Source: Octopus sinensis (taxonomy: Eukaryota). From it: 64,000 nucleotides of DNA. The DNA lies in NCBI RefSeq assembly GCF_006345805.1, contig NC_042997.1, forward strand, positions 84,506,001 to 84,570,000, given 5' to 3'. This document shows positions 26,376-39,164 of this stretch, in pieces; position 1 is the first letter of the stretch; each line of letters starts with the position of its first letter. The notes under the pieces were generated by a model. The model had not been told where the DNA came from. It was given only the letters and a program-made list of their open reading frames with translations, and did no database searches. The translations under genes and the position numbers were made by a program.

Positions 26376-27874
26376 AATAGTATTCATGTATAAGTTAGTG
26401 GCTGCTATTGTTGTTCAGATTCTGGTCAGCCCTGATCTACAGACTTATGATCAAACGAGCATTTAGTCTTATTGTGCATCTAGTATTACATTGCTCATTG
26501 TATCCTTCCATTTTAAGACGGTAAGGTGTGATTTGACGGAGTTATTGCTGATATTTCTATCAGCGTAGTTAACAAGTTTCGTTTACAACTACATGACTTT
26601 AGCACATCAGTTGTCTTCAACCATAGCTCCGGTGGAAAAACTTCAAGCTATCCCTATTTCCAGTAATCTGAAATCGATTTTATATTACTCCCAGATGTAA
26701 CCTGACTTGATATCATATTACTGCCGGAATGTTCACATTACTCTCTCCTTCATTTAGCTAAAATGATAAATTCATAAATTCGTATGATTACAACTCATGA
26801 TACTTTTATTGCATAAAGTGTATAAAATATATTAGACTGAAAGCTAGTCTAAAAATCCGATAAAATGAGAAATAAAAACTGTCACAGTGTGAATTGCATT
26901 AAAACCACTCATACATTAGTTCAAATTGCATGACATGTTACATACAAACATAAGATATATCCATAAAGATATACAAATTATTATATTTTGCAAGAAACAT
27001 CTGAAAGCACATGCAGGCATGAGGAAGAGGGAGAATGATCCATTTACTAACATTATTTATGCGTTAATCGATTAAAAGAGGGAATAGTATGAATTATTCT
27101 GAGGGTTAGATAAAATGCTTTGTGGAGTTTAATTATATTCTGGGTTCAAATCCTGTCGAGGTCAATTTCGCCCTTCGTCTTTTTACTCCAGTAAAATAAC
27201 TAGAAAAAGAGAAACGGCAGACAATACCAGAACCGACGTCAAATTCTGGAGACTACCATCCAAAACACTGCTGGTTGCTCTACTGACTACAGCTCAATCA
27301 TCAGTTGAAGGACACGCTTAACTTTCAGGCCGAGAAGTTGACGACTAGCGGCCCCTCCCCTGGCCAAAACCAGTAGTGGTACTCTAAGGATGGAAGATGG
27401 CAGGAGTTAGGACTAAAGAGAGAAAGAGGTAAAAGGCTTCCTGAAAGAAAAAAAAAAACTCTGTCCAAAATAATAGTGAGTAGAAAGCGTAAGGGAATGC
27501 TTTTGGGCGGTTGCATGAAACACCAATGCTCTCTTATGAAACTAATGGAAGACATTCAAGTAAAACGATGAAGATCGCTTGCTTACTGGAGAGGCAAAAA
27601 TAATTGCGGCAAAATGGAATATGAAATAGAAATAAAGACTATCGGGGAAGACCACATTAGTTAACTATGATAACTTAAACCTAATGTATTCTGAGGATAT
27701 GAGATTCCCCCGGTGCCTTTGAATCCATTAAGTTTCCGTACGAGCAGAGATAGATGGGCAAAGAGAAGGCAAGTAACATGTGTGAGAGGGATCTGCATAG
27801 TTCTTCGCAAAACAGATTTTATACAAGTACAATGCAAACTAACGGAAGAGAGTGAAAGTGAGAGAGAGAGAGGG

Positions 27875-27942
<68 letters not shown>

Positions 27943-28390
27943 GACAATTGAGGTTTGAGAAAAGGAACTATGGGCTTGTGCAACAAGCCCATAGTTTGCT
28001 TGTGAAATCCTATATAAAAGTCCGACAGAAGGAATGTTACTGTTTTTAAATAAGATAGTTAATACGTCACCCGCTTTAATACCACTACCTGGAATTTTGT
28101 ACTTTTAGCGAAGTTTTGGTATCTCCTATAGCTTCCTCCTTTACCTCTTATCTTGTCACCAGACTCGGAGGTTCTGAAAATGTTCAAGAGTGTTGGTCTT
28201 TCTCAAGTGATCTTATAGACACTCTATCGTTGTTACATGAATCGGCGAATAGTAGGAATGTTTCTAATTTTGTTGATGATGTTGTGTGACTTAGTTTATT
28301 GTTTTGGGTGGGAGGGTACATGATTGTTTTGGTGGTGCAGTACATTTTAAATACTTTACTGTATGAGTTTTAATAACAGTAGTACTAATG

Positions 28391-28705
28391 GTGAAGGCGC
28401 GTGACTTAGTGGTACTCGGCTCATGATCGTAAAATCGTGAGTTCGATTCATATCGGCGCATTGTGACCTTGGGCAAGACACTTCATTTCACGTTGCACCG
28501 GTCCACTCAGCTGGTAGAAATTAGTAGCACCTGTAACTCAAGCAGTCAACCTTGTCACACTATGTTTTCTACTACATCTCCCTGAGATCCACATTAAGGG
28601 CACGCGTGTCTGTAGAGTGCTCAGCCACTTGCACGTCAATTCCACGAGCAGGCTATTCCGATGAGTGGTTCAACTGGAACTGATGTCGTAACCGAACAGT
28701 GTTCC
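28391..28705 (+). mobile_element. SINE family B
   Basis: A box gtgacttagtgg, B box gagttcgattc, CORE-like tgtgaccttgggcaagacactt. Confidence 0.85.
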
Positions 28706-29137
28706 AGCACCAGTGTTAATGGTTGAGGTAGGTTTGATGAGGTTAGCAGGGTTAATAGTACTGCTCATTTTGGGGTTCATAGTGGTAATTATAGGGATGG
28801 AACAAAGTTTACTGATTAATGCATATAACGTGTTACTGATGCATGAGCAGATCGGAATACAGATGGTTGCAAAAGCAAAGCTAATGAGATGTTATATAGT
28901 TTAAACCTTACAAGTGGCTGCATAAGCAGGTTTACTAATGGTTGCGTTCGCTGGCTTACCAAATGGTTAGGAAAGAGCTGCGTAAGTTATAGTGGATGAT
29001 TTACCGACATGTATAGAATCCCCAAATTATAGGCTAGTTGTGACATTTCAGCTCATTTTCGATCCATTAAAATCTGGTCAATTCGGTGTTGTAATAGTTA
29101 AAGCAGTTGTAGCCACAGCTGTTACTGTTGATGCTGG

Positions 29138-29197
<60 letters not shown>

Positions 29198-29250
29198 GGC
29201 TGCTACTGCTGCGGCTGCTACTGCTGCGGCTGCTACTGCTGCTGCTGCTG

Positions 29251-29283
<33 letters not shown>

Positions 29284-29299
29284 TTGCTATTACTGTTGA

Positions 29300-29666
29300 G
29301 CGAACGGTCATCGTCCCAAAGCCCGCAAGATGGGAGAAGTCCGAAACGTGGTCCTTTGCTATTCGTAAGACTCGCAGAAGAGAAAGCAGGTCAACCCCCG
29401 ACACCGAGAGCATCGACGGATGGATGAATGCGCATCCAGGCTTTGCGGTTGCGTAGGAAGTCCGGGACAAGAAACAGGAAGAAAGAGTGAGAGAAAGTTG
29501 GAGCGAAAGAGTACAACAGGGGTTGCCACCCCCCCCTGCCGGAGCCCCGTGGAGCTTTAGGTGTTTTCGCTCAATGAACACACACAACGCCCGGTCTGGG
29601 AATCGAAACCGTGATCCTCCGACCGCGAGTCCGCTGCCCTAACCATTGGGCCTTTGCACCTCCACT
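29300..29666 (-). mobile_element. tRNA-derived SINE family D (single, young-looking copy)
   Basis: Minus head ggcccaatggttagggcagcggactcgcggtcggaggatcacggtttcgattccc has A and B boxes; GC-rich body inserted in a (CTA/CTG)n tract. Confidence 0.75.
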
Positions 29667-29667
29667 G

Positions 29668-29831
29668 TACTACTACTACTACTACTACTACTACCGTCAC
29701 TACCACCAACACCACCACCACCACCACTGCTGCTTCTGCTGCTGCTGCTGCTACTACTACTACTACTACTGTCACTACGACGACGACCACTACCACCACC
29801 ACCACCACCACCACCACTGCTTCTGCTGCTG

Positions 29832-29865
<34 letters not shown>

Positions 29866-30050
29866 CGTCACTACCACCAACACCACTACCACCACCACTG
29901 CTGCTTCTGCTGCTGCTACTACTACTACTACTACTACTACTACTGTCACTACGACGACGACCACTACCACCACCACCACCACCACCACTGCTGCTGCTGC
30001 TACTACTACTACTACTACTACTACTACCTACTACTACTACTACTACCGCT
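29668..30050. repeat. Compound trinucleotide tract with a ~170-bp higher-order duplication
   Basis: Marker motifs ccgtcactaccaccaac and ctgtcactacgacgacgacc each occur twice in the same order. Confidence 0.85.
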
Positions 30051-31901
30051 GCTGAAGATGACGATGATGATGTTAGTCTTAGTAGTGGGAATATTACTCT
30101 TAATGATGGAAGTGATGCTTCTACAAAATGTGTCGTTGACGTTAGCAATGTAGATCGTGGTAATCGTAGGGGTAGCGATACAGTTAAGAAATGTAACGAT
30201 GAAGGCGACTCATAGAAGTGATAGTAGTTTTCGTACTCATGGGATATATTAGCAGTAATTCGTTTTGATTATTGTTGTTATTGCTGTTGCCAATACTGCT
30301 GCAGCTGTTGTTGTTGTCGTCGTCACCGTCGTCGTCGACACCGTTGTCGTTCTTGTGCAGCGATGCCTATCACTCTACCATTTCCCATTTGGTTCCATAT
30401 TTTGATTGCTTCTTTTATGGATGATGATCACTCTTTATAAAATTGATAGGTCACCACTACGCTGCTTCAGTTTGTTTTATATAAATACCAGCCTGTACAG
30501 TTGTTGTTGTAGCTGTTTAGCCCCAGGCTAGATCTAATCGATCTGACCTACGATCAAAAGGCATTCCATCTCTAAACATTCTGTGTGTTTTCCAATGTGC
30601 AGAGAGCATAAGATCTCGTTGACCAATGTTTTTCCCTAAGACAATAGTGTCGTTAGTGCGAGTTTGACTGCTACTTCTAGCTGCTCCAGCGACCACATGG
30701 AGTCTGCTTCATTGCTCTGCGGCAGCTTCCGACGGTCAGTTTTGGTTTCTGCCGTCTTGCATGCACGGTATTTGTCAGGTCTCTTCTACTAATTCAATTG
30801 ACTATCTTATTCGAAAGAACCAACGAAGCTGATATCAGGCGATGAAGACTATAAAACTGGAGTCAAACACCGGCTTTTAATTGCCCTTCGGGGCTTTGGA
30901 AGCTTTTGCACACGAAAGGGCTTAGTGAAGCGCATCTAATAAGAATAAAGGGGGAAAATAAATAAAATAAAATAAAAGCTATAGAGATAAAAGTGTTAGT
31001 TCAAAATGTTGACAGCAATTTTGAGGGAGTGGGTAAGTCAATTACATCGGCCTCAGAGTTCAACTGATACTTATTTTATCGACCCCGAAAGAATGAAAGG
31101 TAAATTCGACATCGGCGGAGTTTCAACTCAGAACGTAAGAACAGACGAAATACTGTTAAGCATTTTGCCCGGTTTGTTAACGATTCTGTTAGCACGCCAC
31201 CTTAGACATAAAGAAGATATTGGTCTCAAATTTAGGCACAAGGCCAGTAATTTGGGGGTGAGGAAGTAAGTCGTTTACATCAACCCCATTGTTCAAATGT
31301 TACTTATTTTATTGACCCCGAAAGGATGAAAGGTGTTAGTAGAATTATTTGTCGCGGTATTCTTGGTAGTTGTGGTACAACTAGTTCTGATGGTAGAAAT
31401 AATTATTGCTAATTCAAATACAAGGCTAGTAATTTTGAAGAGAAAGGGTAAGTCCGTTAAATAAACCTGCAGAAATAGGCTCGTGCGTTATTTTATCGAC
31501 ATTAAAGCAAAATTAACCATGGAAGGAATTGAACTCAAAACATAAGAGCCAGAACAAATACCGCAAGATATTTTGTCCGACGCTCTACCGATTTTCCCAG
31601 TCCACCACCTTTGAGGCGGTAGATGTGATGTTAGCTGTAAAAACATTGTGCAAGGTAGACATAAAGTTGTATCATTAATTCTGCTTGTTGTTATTTGTGA
31701 TGACGGTGGCGATGGACTTCTGTCGCTCGCTGAATTAAAATACCTACTCATTGAATTATAGTGTAATTGAGTATTGCCGAGACACATGTACCTTTAACGT
31801 AATTTTCAGACTCAATCAGAGAGACACAGCGTGACTCAAGGTATGCCAAGGCTGGACTTTTGAAATACCGATACGATCCATTCTATAGTTTCCGTCTACC
31901 C

Positions 31902-32156
31902 CGGTGGTTCTTATCCGTTTCTTTTTCTTACCCTTGGACCCCTCTGATTCCGATTTTACTCTACTGGATCTGCATACCCATTTAGTGTATATATATATAA
32001 AAAAAACCATCCGATTGTATTCTTATAATTAAATATTATTTGGAATTGTATAAAAATGTATTCTAGAAGTATAAGCAATCTATTGCACGTAAATTTTAAC
32101 AACAAAATCTCATAAAGACCCCCAAGGGCCATGTGGACACTTGTTGAGAACCATTC
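31902..32156. mobile_element. hAT (Charlie-like) MITE inserted in a SINE A copy
   Basis: Ends cggtggttcttatcc / tgttgagaaccattc; 8-bp TSD gtctaccc/gtctacca (7/8); SINE A sequence resumes after it. Confidence 0.7.
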
Positions 32157-33443
32157 GTCTACCAAATTTCAATCACAAATCTTTGATTGACCGGAGGATA
32201 GGGTGAAGAACTATTAGTCAAGATGCCGCACAATGGGATCAAACTTAGCTCATTGTGATTGTGAAGTGAACTCTTAGCCATACGACCATATTGTGTCCAG
32301 ATAAGGTAACGCTGATGTTGATGGTAGAGCTTAGTTGCGGTAGAAGTTCTATTGCCATGAAGGCTGTTGGGTGTGGTATTGGTGGTGGTGATGGGGCGGT
32401 GGTATTGTTTCGGTAGTGTTAGTCGTTGTACAGGTAGTTGTAGTGGTAGTTGTACAAGTAGCAGTGCTAGTAAGTGACCGAATCAATATGGATGGTAGGT
32501 GAAGTGGTAGTTGTAGTAGTGATAGTGTTGCTAATCGGTTATGTTGCTACGGTAGCAGCGATAGTATAGTGGTGGTGTTGGCGGTGGTAGTGGTGGTGTG
32601 GACGTGGTGGTGATGGCGGTGGTGGTAGTAGGAGGAGGAGGAGGGATAGAAGAAGAAGAAGAAGAAGAAGAAGAAAAACTGATGTACTGGCTAAATGTAA
32701 AGTGGTATTGCCATCTATGCTAATGGCTGTGGTATATGTTGTAGTATAATTGATGTGGGATCATGTTTGTTTTCAGCTTCAGATCAGTTCTGATTGATTT
32801 AGTAGACAGACTTATCAAATACATATATATTCCAACAATGACCTCTTCGTCTTATTCAGATAATAGTTTGCATAAGATTACTTTCGCCAATGTATATCAA
32901 TCCCTCTTTTGGATTTTAATTTTTTTGTTCTTTCTTTACAGCAGAATGAGATTTGAGGAAGATTTTCCTGCTACGTCTAGCTGGTGGAGTGACCACATAT
33001 TGGCCTCTCTGTTTTCGCTGGTAATAGAAATGTCGAGGATAGACATATTGGTAATGATAACTGGAGAGTTGGAATAATCTTGATAGTAAAGGGATGTAGT
33101 GGTGGTGGAGAAGGAGGAGATGGCGGTGCTGTTGTTGTTGTTAATGGTGGTGGTAGTGGTAGTGATGGTGATGTTGGCGGCGGCGGCGGTTGCGATATTT
33201 GCGGTAATGTTAGTAGTTTTAGTATAAGCAGTAATTTAAGTGGCGATAGAAAACGCAGACAGACTGAGGGAGGGAGAGGGAGAGAAAGTCAGAGAGAGAG
33301 AGAGAGAGGGGGAGAGAGAGAGAAAGAAAGAAAGAAAGGAAGAGAGTGAGAGCAAGAGAAATGGACAGACGAAAAGAGAGAGTGGGGAAACGAGGGCGAG
33401 AAATTTATATATATGTTTATATTTGCCTATGTTTGTACACACG

Positions 33444-33475
<32 letters not shown>

Positions 33476-34683
33476 CACATGTGTATGTATGTATGAATGT
33501 ATGTATATGTATATATATATATATATATATACATATTTATATGTATATATATGTAATGGTGATTGTTGGGTTGTTGTTAATGATAGTATTGATGCATGTG
33601 GTCTTGATGATAACAGTGATGGTGCTAGTAGTGACAGTGGTGCTGGTGATTGTGGTGGAGGTGGTGGTAGATGGATGGTTGTTGTGTTCGACGAGAGAGC
33701 TGGTCATGCGAATCTAATAAGAATAAATAAGAAAATTAAAAAATACAGATGTAAAGAGGGAGAGAGAGAGAGAGAGAGAACGTGTGTGGGGGGGGAGAAG
33801 GAAAGAGAGAGAGAAAGAGAGAGATAGGGTAGGATGAGGAGGAGCGAAGGGGAGGAGGAGAAGGCTGGGAATTGTGAGGAAAAGGAAAAAGTTTGCGAAT
33901 GAAGGTTAATGTATTCACGATGGTGCGAGGTTTTCTTCCCTTATTCTCCTCCTCCCCTCATCCTTCTGTCTCTTCTGGTTACTTTTCTATCTCTATCCTT
34001 CACTCTTTAATCAGACCAGATGACCACCGCCAGCCATAGCATTATCAAATATTATGGACTAATCTAACGTATACACTATACCATTGCCAAAAGATAATCC
34101 ATTCGACGCTATCAGTAACGCAAAGCAAAAATAAATAAATAAATAAAATATTTCTAAAAAAATGAAAAATACATAAAAATACGATTTTATATTAGTGGGG
34201 AAAATTTGACCTTTCAGTACCCTCCTTTGCACAACAAACCGGCATCTAATATCGAAATCGTATCGCTGAAGTTTATCGAAATTGTTATCTCGTGCCTTTG
34301 GACCGACACCAACGTATTTTTATTTATTTATTTATTTATTCATAATTTAGTGTGGTTGGTAATTTGTTCAAGTTCCCTGCATTCAAAATAACAATTTATA
34401 GTTTTTTCCTTATCGTTTTGTATAGTATGGTAAAAAAAAAAATAATAAACGAAGGAAAATTGTATCTGACATTGATTTTGATCTCATGCTGAGGCAGATA
34501 TTCACAAACCGTTGCATACACACAGACACGCATTCGCACATACATGCATACATTATAAGATGCCTATATATCGTTATGTTTATAGGTATTGTTGCTTATT
34601 TTACAGAGTATTTTAGTAATGGTACGACAATCTAAATTGTACTATTCTATATTTCTGAGACGAGTAAGGCATAACGTAGTTGA

Positions 34684-34860
34684 TAATGCAGTGGTTAATG
34701 CACTGCAGAGATCCTGAGTTCAATTCCAGGCAAGGAACTTGGTGAATTACAAGACACCTGAATAAGGCTGGGGTGAATACAGCTGAAACTTAGTGAAAAA
34801 AACAGTCAAGATGAGGACTCCACTTTAACTAATGCAAACACTGTACATAACATCTAAACT
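34684..34860 (+). mobile_element. tRNA-like head followed by a degenerate minimal hammerhead
   Basis: A-box-like taatgcagtgg, B box gagttcaattcc, then cac-CTGAATA-aGGCTG(gggtgaata)CAGCT-GAAA-ct-TA-gtg. Confidence 0.5.
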
Positions 34861-35061
34861 GTATTTTGAAAATATTGTTTTTATGTGAAACACCGAAAAT
34901 GTACTTGAGTATTTTAAAAGTCACAATGCAGCTCTGCATATCCGTTGTCCAACGTTATTTAAATTCCAATGATAATGCTCTTTTTCTTAGAGACCAGCAT
35001 ACATTTTTTTATAGGATTTATATGAAAAGTAAACATACGCATAGTAAACATACATACAGAC

Positions 35062-35732
35062 AGGCGCAGGTGTGGCTGTGGGGCAAGAAGTTTGCTTCCC
35101 ACCCACATGGTCCCGGGTTCAGTCCCATTGCATGACACCTTGGGGCTAGGGTCTTCTACTATGGCCTCGGACCGACCAGAGCTTTGTGAGTGGACTTGAT
35201 AGACCGAAACTGAAGAAGCCAGTCATATATAAAGTTTAGTTTTAACCTCCCCAGTCTTATAAACACCAAGTAACTACTTAACTCACTTTATGATCGTGAG
35301 TGTACCAAACCACACGTGTGCGGATGCTTGTATGAGCGCGTGTACATGCGCCATGCAGCTTGCGCGAGGGCGTTCATACTTCCATACCTGTTGACGGGTA
35401 TGTTTAATACTTTTCTCGCTGTATTGCGTGTTCGCTTCTTTCGTGCATCTGTGATTTTATTTTTGATCTTCTATATGAATGAAGATATTTCCTTTGTTTT
35501 GCTGCTTTTCTTTCTACGAAATGAGAAGATACATTGCGAAACTCTTATTTTAACGAGTTGTATCTCTTTAGCACCTGATGAATCACATCTGCATCGCCGA
35601 ATGCTCCTGAACCAGTTGTTAAATGTCCCATCCGTGTGGGATCGATGCTAGATATGTCGAAACAATTGTCGTGATTGATCATAAATTCTCGTATATCCTA
35701 TCTTCTGTCTTTCATTAACCATATATGTGTAT

Positions 35733-35794
<62 letters not shown>

Positions 35795-35835
35795 TATATA
35801 TATATTATATATATATATATATATGTATGTGTATA

Positions 35836-35896
<61 letters not shown>

Positions 35897-36090
35897 CATA
35901 CATGTGTGTGTTTGTGTCTTTGGGTCTGTTTGTCCTTCAGTACTGTTTGACAACCGGTGTTGGTGAGTTTAAGTTCCCCCAACTACTTGACTTAAAAATG
36001 TGTTGGAGTCGAGTCATTAGACTAAAACTTCTTCAAGGTGTTGCCCCAGCATGGCCGTAGTCTAATGACTGAAACAAGTAAAAGATAAGA
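35062..36090 (+). mobile_element. SINE family A split by an insertion and (TA)n expansion
   Basis: 5' half 35062-35228 and 3' half ~35905-36090 are colinear with the family A consensus. Confidence 0.7.
35571..35675 (+). ncRNA. Type-I hammerhead ribozyme candidate with long stem II and intact core
   Basis: CAC-CTGATGA-[77 nt including atct-gcatcg...cgatgc-t-agat]-GAAA-CAATTG-TC/GTG; GUC site at 35668-35670. Confidence 0.65.
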
Positions 36091-36101
36091 CATAGTGATT
36101 A

Positions 36102-36191
36102 ACCATTCGGGTCAATCAATCATGCCCTCTCTACACCAGGTCAGAGGACCGGGTGTAAAGAGGGTATGTCATTGATGAGGTCACGAATGGT
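36102..36191. repeat. 90-nt imperfect hairpin (palindromic MITE or pre-miRNA-like)
   Basis: Pairs accattcg/cgaatggt, atcaat/attgat, catgccctct-tacacc/ggtgta-agagggtatg and ggtc/gacc; preceded by TTAA. Confidence 0.75.
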
Positions 36192-36849
36192 GACGAAAGG
36201 ACTTTGAAAACGCAGCTAATTGAGCAGTCAACTAGTTAAATGGTAATCAATTGACTAAATAATATCAAAAGAAATGAAACAGTGCGTGTGTCTGCTATTG
36301 ACATCATGACCATCTTGAGATACAACAAAGTCTGTTTCAACACACAAATTCACAGCAAGAAATTTGCAAACGAAACACAAAAACGAAGTAGATAAATTAG
36401 AAGTAGGTGCAAGATTTATCTATTTTTAAGCATTTACTTCTTATTCGTGTTGACAATTCAGAAAAGCAAAGTCGGATCCAACGTTTCCCATTATTGCTTG
36501 TCCCAGTTTTAATTACGCCAGTTTTTTTTTCTACTCATACTGTTCATTGCTGGGAGGCTTAACATTAAAAAGGTACAAAGAATATAAGATTGCGTGACAA
36601 ACTCGGCTTTTTTACAGTATTAGTGAAATTAATTCAAATGAAATGATTACATCTGCAAATTGAAACCAAGTTATGTATTATGTGTAGTGAAGGGTAGAGC
36701 CTGCTCTAATCTAGCGAAATGCAAACATACACGCTAACAAAGCAGGCTCTAGACAGTCGTTTTATCTGACAGAAATAGCAGCTTAGTCACACCTAGATCA
36801 TGTGAAAACAGAAAAAGATTCATTGAACTAGGTATATATATATGTATGC

Positions 36850-36904
<55 letters not shown>

Positions 36905-37026
36905 CGCGCGTGTGCGTGTGTGTATGTGAGCATGACTGGCTCTGTGGTAAGACACTTGCTTCTCAACCACATGGCTCCGGCTGCAGTCCCATTGCATGTA
37001 ACTTTGGGCAAGTGCCTTCCGCTATA

Positions 37027-37378
37027 CCCTAACCCTAACCCTAACCCCACATATATAAAAAAGTAAAAATTTTACGGAAAGTGACGATCTTCTTCTTCAA
37101 ATGTAAACAAATACACGTACCGCCGGAAGTTGTTGTTAACCTTGTTGCAAACAACAACAGTAATTGTATTCACCTCAATAGACGTCATTGATTGGTTGAA
37201 ACTGCCGAAATACAAGAAATTAAACAAGAAATAGCTTACAAACTACAAATTTTTCTCAAGAACGTCAAGAGTAAAAATATGTTTTATGTCACACATTCTA
37301 CCAGTATAGGAAGTTTAAACGTGTTTAGTTACAATGAAATTATTTTAAAAATCTGCCGGTCAAAGTGAAAAGATCCGA
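37027..37378. mobile_element. Non-autonomous DNA element with (CCCTAA)3 and short inverted motifs (Helentron/HINE-like), inside a SINE A copy
   Basis: ccctaaccctaaccctaacc at 37027; gatcttcttc (37086) versus gaaaagatcc (37367); SINE A 5' part before and 3' part after. Confidence 0.45.
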
Positions 37379-38651
37379 AACCAATAGTATAAGTACCAGT
37401 CCTAGCGGAAAAAGATAACAGAATGTACGCGGATCAATTTATTCTACGAAACACTTCAGGTTTGTGCCCCAGTATGGCCGCAGTCTAATGACTGAAACGA
37501 GTAAAAGATGAAAAAATATCAAGATTTCCTTTATTCAGGGTGAATAAAGCTTTCTTTCTCTTCTGTCTCTCTCTTTCTTCCCTCTCTCCTTTTTCTCTCC
37601 TCCTCCTCCTCTCCCCCCCTCTCTCTCTCCCGTTAACCTGACCAAATAGCCGCTATTATTGACCATTACGAAACGAAATCAGATACTTTTAGTGAACTTT
37701 CTGCTAGACTAAGGTAGATTAGAAAAACCCATTACATTGTTTCACACTTTAAATAAATTTTTCAATGGATAGAGAAACTTCATTGGTTCACTGAAATAAT
37801 GTGATGGAGGTTCATTTATTTCGCAAGAATTACAAAGCTATAGGTATAAGCTATATTAGAACCAATATTTTGTGTCTTAATGGTCTGCACAAAGATAATG
37901 AATATTTCTGCCTTGTGTAAAGAGCTTTAATCGTATAAGAAATCCTTAGAAGTACCGAACCATCTAGTCAATGTCCTGACGTTTTTGTAAATTAAGTAAA
38001 TAATTAATAGATTAATTATGCTATTAGTTAACTAACAGCAACCTTAATTGCAAATTCAATGCATTAACTGCAAAATTTACTTGCTTATACAGATTTGCAA
38101 ATAATTTTATCCCATAGAATAATAATAATTACATTAACTTTATATATACTAATATACTTTTAACCGCATAACACTTGTATAGTTTACAGTACAAAGAAGC
38201 AATTAATTTAGTTTCGATTGTATCATTATGAAGTCTAAGAGTAAAGTATTCCTTATGAAGGATAAGGGTGGTATGAAATCAAGCTTCCTTCAATCTTTCG
38301 TTTTGGGCACCGCTACTCTCTTGTTTCTTTCCAGCTAGCCGTACCGACGTCTACTTTATACTCGATACAAATCTCTTCTTCCCTTTTTAAGGTTGTGATT
38401 TCATGAAGATTAGACTTTAGACTATTATTTCTATCAGATTATGGAACTGCATTGAGGACTCTTGTTTAGGTTGTTACATATTGTTGCGTTTCTAACTCTC
38501 TAATTTGAAAACCTCCGATACTTTCTCAAGTTTGGTGATAAACTATATATAAGTCTAAGTACACACACACACAAGTATATATATGTATGTATATTTGTGT
38601 ATATAAATATATACAGACATACACACGTTTGTAGGTATGTATGTATGTATG

Positions 38652-39029
38652 TCATTATTCAAGATTTCTAGTCAATAGAGAAAGAGTCGGTTTCTAACCT
38701 AGATCCAAGGCTCTTTCATTGGAATTTCAACAACAGAGTAATTTTGTATGCATGTACGTATGTATATATGTATGTATGCATGTATATATATATATGCAGA
38801 TTTGTATGTTTTGTTTTTTGTATTCTTATGCATATAATTGCATATATGCTTAAATGATAAACTTCTAGAAAGTTTTACTGATACTTACAGTTCCAGTGAT
38901 GGCGTTAATCTGTAGTCTTCGAATCAGCTTTCTCCTTTCTGGCTTTGAGATGACTAATTTCTCAAGATTGGTACTTAAGCAGTGTGTTACATATCCCAGT
39001 GCCCCAATAATTACAGGTGTAAGCCTGAT
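38652..39029 (-). mobile_element. 3' end of a second RLE-type (R4-like) non-LTR retrotransposon in (TATG)n
   Basis: Minus translation PVIIGALGYVTHCLSTNLEKL...RRLQINAITGTVSISKTF, then a 3' UTR ending in (CATA)n; (TATG)n on both sides. Confidence 0.7.
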
Positions 39030-39164
39030 GTATGTATGTAATGTATGTATGTATGTATGTATGTATGTATGTATGTATGTATGTATGTATGTATGTATGC
39101 ATCAATCTATCTATCTATCTATCTATCTATCTATATATCTATCTATATTATTATGGCCCAGTTC

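Noticed and set aside
27215-27580. Possible 5S-derived head (minus) and RTE C-terminal remnant (KTLSKIIVSRKRK...)
   Set aside because: Similarity is limited to a few short words; cannot be supported by eye.
29585-29666. tRNA gene (also the heads at 28391, 46561 and 34684)
   Set aside because: A and B boxes are present but there is no convincing cloverleaf or T-run terminator, and the sequence continues into SINE bodies.
37027-37047. Telomere
   Set aside because: Only three CCCTAA units, internal to a repeat element.
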